Shown here one piece after another: positions 21,356 to 29,807 of a stretch of DNA of 64,000 nt. How positions within the stretch are numbered: position 1 is the stretch's first letter; each line of letters starts with the position of its first letter. The notes under the pieces are model-generated. The model was not told where the DNA came from. It was given only the letters and a program-made list of their open reading frames with translations, and searched no databases. Made by a program: the position numbers and the translations under genes. The stretch is from positions 32,001 through 96,000 of the forward strand of contig JBMNIW010000008.1 of assembly GCA_050951325.1 (NCBI GenBank), read 5' to 3'. Source of the stretch: Clostridia bacterium (lineage in GTDB: Bacteria > Bacillota > Clostridia > UBA1212 > DUPL01).

Positions 21356-23245
21356 ATGGAAGCAAAGAGTGGTTATGTATCAATAAGCACTGAGAATATA
21401 TTTCCGATTATTAAGAAGTGGCTTTATTCGGAAAAGGACATTTTCATCAGGGAAATCGTTTCAAACGCATGTGACGCAATAAACAAAATGAAGAAGCTGG
21501 TTTCCATAGGTGAAGTGGATCTACCTAATGAGGAAATGAACTGGAAAATAGAGGTCTGGCTGGACAAGAAAAAGAAAACCATTACCGTTTATGACAACGG
21601 CATCGGCATGACCGAAGAAGAGGTCCTAAAGTATATCAACCAGATTGCTTTTTCCGGTGTAAAAGATTTTGTTGAGAAATATGAAGGGAAAACTGACGAA
21701 TCACAAATCATAGGACATTTCGGTCTTGGTTTCTACTCCTCCTTTATGGTGTCCAAAAAGGTTGAAATAGACACCATGTCCTGGGCAGAAGGCGCAGAAC
21801 CAATCCATTGGGAAAGCAATACAGGAATGGACTATTCAATAAGTCCGTCCAAGAAAATCAACAAGCGCGGAACATACGTAACAATGCACATAGCAGACGA
21901 CGGCAAGGAGTTTCTCGATGAGTTCAAACTGAGGGAAACACTGAAAAAATATTTCTCTTTCCTGCCTGTCGACCTGTGTTTGATTGATGCTAACGAAAAG
22001 AAGAAAGACAAAAAGGAAGAAACGGAAGAGGACAAGCCAACTACAATAAATGACCCAAATCCTCTTTGGTTGAAGAATCCAAGCGACTGCACCGACGAGG
22101 AATACAAAGAGTTTTACAGAAAGGTGTTTCTGGACTTCAACGATCCCCTCTTTTGGATTCACCTCAACATGGATTATCCATACAACCTAAAAGGCATCCT
22201 CTACTTCCCAAAACTCAAGCTTCCTTATGACAGCCTTGAGGGAACAATTAAAATTTTCTACAATCAGGTCTTTGTTGCGGATAATATAAAGGAACTGATT
22301 CCTGAGTTTCTCATGCTTCTTAAGGGTGTAATCGATTGTCCTGATCTGCCGCTTAACGTATCAAGAAGCTTTTTGCAGGACGACGATTGCGTCAAGACGA
22401 TAAACTCCCACATTACAAAGAAGGTGGCGGACAAAATCAACGGCTTGTACAAAACCGAAAGAGAGTCCTACGAAAAATATTGGGAAGACATCAACCCGTT
22501 TATAAAGTTTGGATGCCTGAAGGATGATAAATTCCACGATAGGGTCAAAAAATCCATAATCTACAAGACTACCGACAACGTATTTCTAACCGAAGAGGAA
22601 TACCTCGACAGTATTAAAGACAAGGTTGACAAAGCCTTCTACTATGTGGACAATGTAGCCCAGCAGTCCCAATACGTAAAAATGTTCAATGACAGCGGAA
22701 TCAAAGTCTTTGTAATGGACGGACCTATTGACGTTCCATTCATGCAGATGATTGAGGTGAAAAGCAAAGAGAAGGTCAGGTTTGTCAGGGTTGACTCGGA
22801 TGTGGCCAACGCCCTTAAATCAGACTCTGACAAATCAAGAGAGGAACTGGACAGCATTGGTACATCACTGGAAGAACACTTTAAGATGGCGTCCAACAAC
22901 GAGAAGTTGAAAATTAAGGTGGAGAATCTAAAAAGCAATATACCTGCAATTCTGACTCTTTCAGAAGAAGGAAGACGCATGCAGGAAATGATGCAAATGT
23001 ATGGTGCCATGTCCATGCCAATGGACGAAGACATGACCTTGGTTCTCAATGCGGAGAATCCTGTAATCGAACATCTTTACGCAATAAAGGATGATGAAAC
23101 CAAAAAAGATGATTTGGAACTTCTCTGCGGACAGATTTACGACCTTGCCCTGCTCGCCCACAAACCTCTAGAGGCGGAGGACATGACAAGATTTATTGAA
23201 AGAACAAGCAAAATACTTGCAATGGTATCAAAAAAAGAGGCCTAG
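21356..23245 (+). CDS. htpG: Chaperone HtpG (Hsp90)
   Basis: REIVSNACDA, DNGIGM, IGHFGLGFYS, PLNVSRSFLQ. Confidence 0.96.
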   Translation: MEAKSGYVSISTENIFPIIKKWLYSEKDIFIREIVSNACDAINKMKKLVSIGEVDLPNEEMNWKIEVWLDKKKKTITVYDNGIGMTEEEVLKYINQIAFSGVKDFVEKYEGKTDESQIIGHFGLGFYSSFMVSKKVEIDTMSWAEGAEPIHWESNTGMDYSISPSKKINKRGTYVTMHIADDGKEFLDEFKLRETLKKYFSFLPVDLCLIDANEKKKDKKEETEEDKPTTINDPNPLWLKNPSDCTDEEYKEFYRKVFLDFNDPLFWIHLNMDYPYNLKGILYFPKLKLPYDSLEGTIKIFYNQVFVADNIKELIPEFLMLLKGVIDCPDLPLNVSRSFLQDDDCVKTINSHITKKVADKINGLYKTERESYEKYWEDINPFIKFGCLKDDKFHDRVKKSIIYKTTDNVFLTEEEYLDSIKDKVDKAFYYVDNVAQQSQYVKMFNDSGIKVFVMDGPIDVPFMQMIEVKSKEKVRFVRVDSDVANALKSDSDKSREELDSIGTSLEEHFKMASNNEKLKIKVENLKSNIPAILTLSEEGRRMQEMMQMYGAMSMPMDEDMTLVLNAENPVIEHLYAIKDDETKKDDLELLCGQIYDLALLAHKPLEAEDMTRFIERTSKILAMVSKKEA

Positions 23246-23258
23246 GCCTCTTTTTTTT
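23230..23258. terminator. Bidirectional terminator between htpG and mscL
   Basis: Palindrome AAAAAAAGAGGCCT/AGGCCTCTTTTTTT between convergent stops. Confidence 0.8.
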
Positions 23259-23790
23259 ACTCCTGTTTTTCCTCTGTCAGTATGCTGGTACAGTTCGGAC
23301 ACCTTGATGCCCTTATACTGATCTCTGAAGTACAGTAAGGACATTCTTTAGTGGTAGGAGGTGGCGGGGGCTCTTGTGCAGCCTGTGCTTCTTCCTCCTT
23401 CATCTCTCTTTCCTTTACCATCTGAATCGCATGCTCAAGTCTTTCCTTGCTCCTGTTTATAAGCCTTACGGCTATGTAAACAGAAATTGCGATAATGAAA
23501 AAGTCAATTACATTCTGAAAGAAAATCCCGTAATTCATTGTGGGAAAGCCTGCCTCGGCAGCAGCTTGTGCTGTTTCAAAGACCTGACCTTTCGTATTGC
23601 CAAGAACAAGGAACTTGTCCTTGATGGGAGTTCCTTCTTTGGTTATTAGGCTTATGAGAGGTGTAATAATATCAGCTACAAAAGAAGAAACAATCTTGCT
23701 GAAAGCAGCACCGATAACAACACCTATCGCCATATCAAACACATTGCCCTTAAAAGCAAATTTCTTAAAATCAGAAATTATATTCTTCAA
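23257..23790 (-). CDS. mscL: Large-conductance mechanosensitive channel with C-terminal zinc ribbon
   Basis: FKKFAFKGNVFDMAIGVVIGAAF, NYG.F; tail CPYC..CPNC. Confidence 0.93.
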   Translation of the reverse strand: MKNIISDFKKFAFKGNVFDMAIGVVIGAAFSKIVSSFVADIITPLISLITKEGTPIKDKFLVLGNTKGQVFETAQAAAEAGFPTMNYGIFFQNVIDFFIIAISVYIAVRLINRSKERLEHAIQMVKEREMKEEEAQAAQEPPPPPTTKECPYCTSEISIRASRCPNCTSILTEEKQE

Positions 23791-23808
23791 TCAAAACCCT
23801 TCTTTACC

Positions 23809-24372
23809 CTATTTTATAATCACTGCCAAGAATCTGGCTTGTTTTCCGTCCAAAGCCTTCATTCCATGAGGAGTCAAAGAGTTGTAATAGACGGAATCCC
23901 CTGGCTCCAGAATAATTTCATTTCCACCAATGGATATAAGTAGTCTTCCCTCAACACAGTAGTTGAACTCCTGTCCGTCATGGGAATTCAAATGAATTCC
24001 GTTGTTTTCGTTACTCTCAACTGTAACAAGGAAAGGTTCAGCTTTTTTATTCGCAAAATTGTATGCAAGATGCTGATACTCATAATATCTTCGTCTTTCA
24101 ACACTTTGTCCCCTGCCCTTTTTAATAAAACTGTAGGTGCTGAGCATGGGTGTTCCCCCAGACAAAAGATCTGTCAAATCTATATTGCAGTGTTTGGCAA
24201 AATCCAACAAAAAGCCCATTGGAATATCGGTTTCTCCATTTTCATAGGACTCATACTTTGCCGACTCAACATTCAAAGCTTTCGAGATGTCTTCCACACT
24301 CATCTCGAGTATTTCACGCATTTCTTTCATTCTTTGGGCAATTTCTTTAATATGCTCATTCATGATTTTCAC
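23809..24372 (-). CDS. XRE-family HTH + cupin transcriptional regulator
   Basis: HTH (YE.YENGE.DIP) and cupin (EPFLV, HDGQEF, PGDSVYYNS..PHGM). Confidence 0.88.
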   Translation of the reverse strand: MKIMNEHIKEIAQRMKEMREILEMSVEDISKALNVESAKYESYENGETDIPMGFLLDFAKHCNIDLTDLLSGGTPMLSTYSFIKKGRGQSVERRRYYEYQHLAYNFANKKAEPFLVTVESNENNGIHLNSHDGQEFNYCVEGRLLISIGGNEIILEPGDSVYYNSLTPHGMKALDGKQARFLAVIIK

Positions 24373-24410
24373 TTCCTTGCTTTTGAATATATGATACCAG
24401 AATCACTTTA

Positions 24411-26408
24411 TCAGGTCAACGGCCTGTACTGCATGATAAAGTCAAGATAATCAGGCAGCTTTACTTCCTCAACCACCCTTTTCAGTACCTCTTTGTACTT
24501 TTCTTCACCAATTCCTTCATCATGCATTATCTTTCTTGCATGTAGCTTGTACCATTGATTTGACAAAAGCTCTTCTCCTTCCTTTAAATCTGCCGGAACA
24601 ATATCTTCACTAAACATCTTTTCAGCCTTGTCAAACTCGTTAACACCAATCAAAGAATCAATGCAAGCAAGCCTCACCCTCGGATGACCAGTGATGCTTT
24701 CATCCAAAGAATAAACTACTTTCAAAGCCTTTTCATATAATCCTTTTTTGTTGCACATGTTCAAACAATCAACAACTATGCGCACATCAATTTTTGTCAT
24801 GCCTGTCAGCATCCCAAGAGCCTTGTCCATATACTCCACATTGTTCTCCAATATTCCAAGACACCAATAACTCCATATATTTGGCTTTAGATCAATGGAC
24901 TTTTGGAAGCATTCCAAAGCGCCATCCAAATCCTCATTAGCCGCCTTCATGACACCAAGATGATATAACGCATGCCAGTTAAAACTCTTAGGATTCTCCT
25001 TTGTAGATTTCTCAAGCAGGTTCATCCACTCAACCTGGGTTACATACTTTGCAGGTTCTTCATTTACCGGGAACTCCTCAAACACATTTTCCTCAAGAAG
25101 CCTGAGCCAGATTTCCTGTTCCTTCCCAATATTATCAAACACAAGACCATGCAAAACCTTTCCTCTTTCCCTTCTCTTAAGTTCCAAAGCTCCCCATCCG
25201 CTGCCTTCATACACCAATTCCACATTGTCAATACTAAAACTCTCATGTATCTCATCAAGATTCTTTCTTGGAAGCCTCTTTTCAAGTTCCTCTCCCACAC
25301 ATTTGTACACCTTTGTCCAATCATCACCATGGACAATATCCTTATCAGCTTCCAAATATCCGTAAGCTTCAGTCCAGTTCCAGACCGAATTTCCTTCCAT
25401 TGGGGTTCTCTGCTGCTGCATATGGGCACATCCAGCTTGAATCTCACAGTACGAACTGCCCTTCACAGACAAAAATTCCTGCCATCGTCTGCCTCCTCTC
25501 GAATCTCCCCAATTGAAAAGCTTTCTCCCAAGCAGTCTGTCCGTGGAAGTATGTACCAGTCCCTTCCCATCACCGTCCAGAGCGCATATCCATTTTCTCT
25601 CTTCTTTTGGAATATCAAAGAACTGGTCAAACGCATAAGGTATTCTTGCCGGATAGCTTCTGTCCTGTTCTCCAAGCATGGGAACCGGATCCTTTCCAAA
25701 GCTTCCGTCTGCATACTGAACATACGCTTTCTCACAAGGCACAATGATTCTTGTTTTCTCTGTCTCATCCACTGCTATATTCGACCACCAATACATTGGA
25801 ACCGTTTCCTCATTGTCGTTTATAACTGTAATACGTACGAACAGAAATCTTGACTTTTCAGGCAGATACGCATCTATGGAATATGCAAGTTTTCTAATCC
25901 TTTCCCACTCATACATTCTTAAAAACTTGGTACCGTCCTTCATTGTCCCTACAGCGGTAAACAAAGGGGAAACGGTAAAAGGAGTATGCCCCGTCATCCC
26001 AATATTAAACTCCACTCCACCTGAAAACCAGGCATTCCTGAGCGCAAGATTTGCAGGTTGAAACACGGGATTTCTATGAACCAGATCTCTCTTGTTTTCC
26101 TTGTCGTACAATGAATACAATCTTCCACCCAGTTCTGGCAAAAACGTCGCTCTCAAATATTCGTTTTCAAGAACACAAGCTTTAAATGCCCTTGTCTTCA
26201 TAGCCCTGTCATAGTCATCCTGAATACAATAGGGAAGTATTGATTTAATTCTTCCGTAATAAAAATACTCTTTTTCATCCTCGCGGATTTCATCACTGAA
26301 TTTGATTTCTCCCAATCTCTGCCTTAATCCTTTGATATCGGGTAATGGATTTTCTCCATGCAGTCCAGCTGCAGGTATTTTTAGTTCTTCAAACCTAATT
26401 TCCGTCAT
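24411..26408 (-). CDS. DUF5107-like domain + TPR protein
   Basis: LENEYL...LPELGGR, LALRNAWFSGGVEFN, YWWSNIAV; helical C-terminus. Confidence 0.75.
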   Translation of the reverse strand: MTEIRFEELKIPAAGLHGENPLPDIKGLRQRLGEIKFSDEIREDEKEYFYYGRIKSILPYCIQDDYDRAMKTRAFKACVLENEYLRATFLPELGGRLYSLYDKENKRDLVHRNPVFQPANLALRNAWFSGGVEFNIGMTGHTPFTVSPLFTAVGTMKDGTKFLRMYEWERIRKLAYSIDAYLPEKSRFLFVRITVINDNEETVPMYWWSNIAVDETEKTRIIVPCEKAYVQYADGSFGKDPVPMLGEQDRSYPARIPYAFDQFFDIPKEERKWICALDGDGKGLVHTSTDRLLGRKLFNWGDSRGGRRWQEFLSVKGSSYCEIQAGCAHMQQQRTPMEGNSVWNWTEAYGYLEADKDIVHGDDWTKVYKCVGEELEKRLPRKNLDEIHESFSIDNVELVYEGSGWGALELKRRERGKVLHGLVFDNIGKEQEIWLRLLEENVFEEFPVNEEPAKYVTQVEWMNLLEKSTKENPKSFNWHALYHLGVMKAANEDLDGALECFQKSIDLKPNIWSYWCLGILENNVEYMDKALGMLTGMTKIDVRIVVDCLNMCNKKGLYEKALKVVYSLDESITGHPRVRLACIDSLIGVNEFDKAEKMFSEDIVPADLKEGEELLSNQWYKLHARKIMHDEGIGEEKYKEVLKRVVEEVKLPDYLDFIMQYRPLT

Positions 26409-26537
26409 AAACAAACCTCCTTGATATTCATCGATTTGATTATACTACATATTTTCGCCCTGTATAGGTTTATTGTTGCAAATACAAATATCAAATGCTA
26501 CAATTAAAACAAAGCTATGAAGAAAGAGGCAACGAAT

Positions 26538-29500
26538 ATGAGTAATAGATTTTATGGACTTACCTTATTGGCATTGCTTTTGGTTATGACGTTGATAGTT
26601 ATTACAGGGTGCAAAGCACAAGATGACACAAACCCTACCCCAACTCCAACGAACAATACGATACATAATACACCCGGCGAGACGGAGAATACCAGTACTC
26701 CATCAGAAACCACGGGTTCCACTTCCACACCCATGCCAACAGAAACTGAAACACAGACCGCCACTCCGGGGCCAACAGAGACAAATGCACCAGCCACTGA
26801 CACGCCCACTCCAAAACCAACACCAACACCTACACCAACTCCCACACCAAAATTGGAGGTAACCTTCTCCCATGAAGGTGGCTTTTACGATAACAACTTC
26901 AAGCTGGAACTATCCGCCCCCAGTGGTTTTACAATCTACTACACTCTGGACGGAACAGATCCAAGAACCAGCAATACAAGGCAGAAATACACAGGTCCAA
27001 TAAGTATTACAAACAGTGAGTCAAAAGGACTCGGACCAATAACCCAAAGTCTAGGCAACTACGGCTCCAGCAAACGACTTACAGGAACCGTTGTAAGGGC
27101 GTATGCAAACAGGACCGTCATTACAACACCGGTTGTTACCAATACATATTTCGTTGCCAACAATCTGGCAAACAAGTACAACCTGCCTTATGTGTCCATT
27201 TCATTGAGACCGGCAGATTTTAACAGCCGAACCAACCCAAGAGGTATATATGTGTGGCCTTCCGTATCCAATGATCAATTTGATACAAAAAGAAGAATAA
27301 TTGTGTTCGTGGAATTTTACAACGAAAAGGGCAAAAAGGAAGACCAATTGTATGCCGAAATGTCCCTGCACGGAAATGGTTCAATGGGAGCTACTATGAA
27401 ATCCTTCAGAATGTATTTCAAAAACGACCTTGACAAGGATTCAGAACACTTCCCAAACAAGCTTACCTACGATCTTTTTAACGGGCGAGCAAAAGACAAT
27501 AACGGAAAACCCATTGACTCATTCAAACGTATTATCTTAAGAAACTCCGGAAATGATTACAACCGCTCCATGTTGAGAGATGCGCTATTCCAGAGATTGA
27601 GTGAACCTCTTTACTGCGATTACATGGAATCCCAACCTGTAATGGTATTCATTAACGGTGAGTTCTGGGGAATGTACAATGCAAGAGAACGTTATGACGA
27701 CAAATATTTTAAAGCCCACTACGGAATACAGGAGGAAAACCTTGTACTCCTCGAAGCCCCCACTCCACTCAAGTACGATATGGACTTTACTAGACCCTAT
27801 GAAATATGCGAGGGGGTTCCGGGAGATGAGAAACCTTGGGAGGATCTTATCAGATACTGTGATACTCACAATCTTGCCAATGATGCATACTACAAAGTTG
27901 TAACAGACCAGGTGGACATATATAGTCTGATGGATGTTTACATCGTAAACATGTTTTTCGCAAATCGCGACTGGCCGGGCAACAATGTCAAGGTATGGAG
28001 AAACAAAAACCCGAAAGATCCTAGTGGCATGGATACCAAATGGCGTTTTGTTCTTCTTGACACTGACATGGGTGCAGGATTCAATGATGGACCTGAGTAC
28101 AACATGATAACCCAACACAACGTTTTCAACAGAGGAACAGGCTGGATACTGACAAAACTTATGACTTCCCTGCTCCAGAACGAGGGTTTCAAGCAGCAGT
28201 TCGTGGAAAGATTCATATATGTAATAGACAATGTGTTCAGCCCTGACAGGACCATACCTGTTTTAAACAACATGGCCAATGAGATAGAAAAAGCCATGGA
28301 GCTTAATGTTGCCAGATGGCCACAAAACAACATAGATAATTGGAGAGGCGAGATTAATAAGATCCGTGATTTCTTCCAGAGAAGAGCACAGTATTTAAAA
28401 CCACAACTGTACAGTTATTTCGGCATCCACCCAAAGGAAGTCAGCTATATATATGACAGCAGCAAGGTAACTTTGACAGTAAACGGACAAAGCGTAACCG
28501 AAGGATACACTGTGACTATGCAGTCAGCCACCCAGATCAAGCTTAATGCAACACCCAAGAGCGGATACGAGTTTGTTTCATACAATGTGATTGACGTAAA
28601 TGGCAACCAAAAGACATACACCAGCCAAAACCTTACACTCACATTGAATGACAAAACCCACATTCTGGTACTTGCTAAATCAAAAACCTTCAATGTGTCT
28701 CCACAGATTGCCACAGGTTCAAGGAGTGTTTATGCAATTGACAAAAACGGTAATCTTTTCGCCTGGGGCAGCAATGAACTAGGTCAACTTGGAGTTGTTA
28801 CAAGCAAAACTCTTACAAAACCAACCTTTATTATGACTGGAGTCGTGAAAGTATCCACATCCCTTGGGGGAAATGTGGGAGACGCACCCCATACATTAAT
28901 CCTGACAGACAACAACACCCTGTACAGCGTCGGCAACAATTCTTTTGGGCAACTTGGAAGAACCGGCAACACGACTATACCCATGAAGGTTAACATCTCA
29001 GGAAAGATAAAGGACATAAGTGCAGGATTTGACCATACTCTTGTCTTGATGGAGAGTGGAGACTTGTATGGCTGCGGCAACAACCAAAGAGGACAACTTG
29101 GTGCCACAAACTTTGGCGGAGAAGTGCGTGAATTTATTAAGATAGCGTCCAATGTAAAAGAAATGGTTGCTGGCCGACGACACACAGTGTATGTCGACAA
29201 CCAAGGGAGAGCCTATGGGCTTGGTGACAACAGATGGAAAAAGATGACGCCTCAGAGTGTGGAAAGCTATTCCTCCCCTGTTCTTCTGATGTCCAATGTC
29301 AAGAAGGTGTATGCAGGAGAGCACCAGACTCTATTCTTAACGAACAGCAACGAGCTGTACTATATTGGCTGGAGAAACCACGTTAGCCTTGTTACAGGAG
29401 GGGGAGATGGCCAACCCCACAAGCTCATGGACAATGTCAAAAAGGCCAACATGATGGACGAACACGCAGTAATACTAACCAATGACAACAAAGCCTACGG

Positions 29501-29726
29501 CTGGGGATTAAACAGTCACAGCCAGGTTGCAAACGGTACCCAGACCCAGTCCACACCCGTCTTTATTGCAAACAATGTAAGAGATGTGGCAGCAGGCTCC
29601 TGGTTCTCAGTGCTGCTTCATGAAGACGGCCGCGTGGTTGTCTGGGGAAAAAACACATCAGGAGTTGCTGGTAACGGCTCTACATCCGAAAAGGTTGGGA
29701 AAACCACAGCTATGACAATTTCGTAA
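26538..29726 (+). CDS. Lipoprotein: Pro/Thr linker + FN3-associated domain + CotH kinase + RCC1 propeller (paralog 1)
   Basis: Lipobox ITGC; IYYTLDGTDP; ILRNSGND, FINGEFWGMY..RER, N.DWPGNN, KWRF...DTD; repeated G.N..GQLG. Confidence 0.85.
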   Translation: MSNRFYGLTLLALLLVMTLIVITGCKAQDDTNPTPTPTNNTIHNTPGETENTSTPSETTGSTSTPMPTETETQTATPGPTETNAPATDTPTPKPTPTPTPTPTPKLEVTFSHEGGFYDNNFKLELSAPSGFTIYYTLDGTDPRTSNTRQKYTGPISITNSESKGLGPITQSLGNYGSSKRLTGTVVRAYANRTVITTPVVTNTYFVANNLANKYNLPYVSISLRPADFNSRTNPRGIYVWPSVSNDQFDTKRRIIVFVEFYNEKGKKEDQLYAEMSLHGNGSMGATMKSFRMYFKNDLDKDSEHFPNKLTYDLFNGRAKDNNGKPIDSFKRIILRNSGNDYNRSMLRDALFQRLSEPLYCDYMESQPVMVFINGEFWGMYNARERYDDKYFKAHYGIQEENLVLLEAPTPLKYDMDFTRPYEICEGVPGDEKPWEDLIRYCDTHNLANDAYYKVVTDQVDIYSLMDVYIVNMFFANRDWPGNNVKVWRNKNPKDPSGMDTKWRFVLLDTDMGAGFNDGPEYNMITQHNVFNRGTGWILTKLMTSLLQNEGFKQQFVERFIYVIDNVFSPDRTIPVLNNMANEIEKAMELNVARWPQNNIDNWRGEINKIRDFFQRRAQYLKPQLYSYFGIHPKEVSYIYDSSKVTLTVNGQSVTEGYTVTMQSATQIKLNATPKSGYEFVSYNVIDVNGNQKTYTSQNLTLTLNDKTHILVLAKSKTFNVSPQIATGSRSVYAIDKNGNLFAWGSNELGQLGVVTSKTLTKPTFIMTGVVKVSTSLGGNVGDAPHTLILTDNNTLYSVGNNSFGQLGRTGNTTIPMKVNISGKIKDISAGFDHTLVLMESGDLYGCGNNQRGQLGATNFGGEVREFIKIASNVKEMVAGRRHTVYVDNQGRAYGLGDNRWKKMTPQSVESYSSPVLLMSNVKKVYAGEHQTLFLTNSNELYYIGWRNHVSLVTGGGDGQPHKLMDNVKKANMMDEHAVILTNDNKAYGWGLNSHSQVANGTQTQSTPVFIANNVRDVAAGSWFSVLLHEDGRVVVWGKNTSGVAGNGSTSEKVGKTTAMTIS

Positions 29727-29807
29727 CCTTCTTTTATATGTTGCATCTACTGGCTCACATATGTTACAATTTATGCAAAGGTTCGAGAAAGAAGGTAATA
29801 CATCAAG

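Noticed and set aside
24972-25853. 293-aa plus-strand ORF and other long antisense ORFs across the window
   Set aside because: Shadows of well-supported opposite-strand genes; no motifs
26630-26850. ACA/CCA-rich low-complexity DNA as a repeat element
   Set aside because: Explained by the Pro/Thr linker of the lipoprotein
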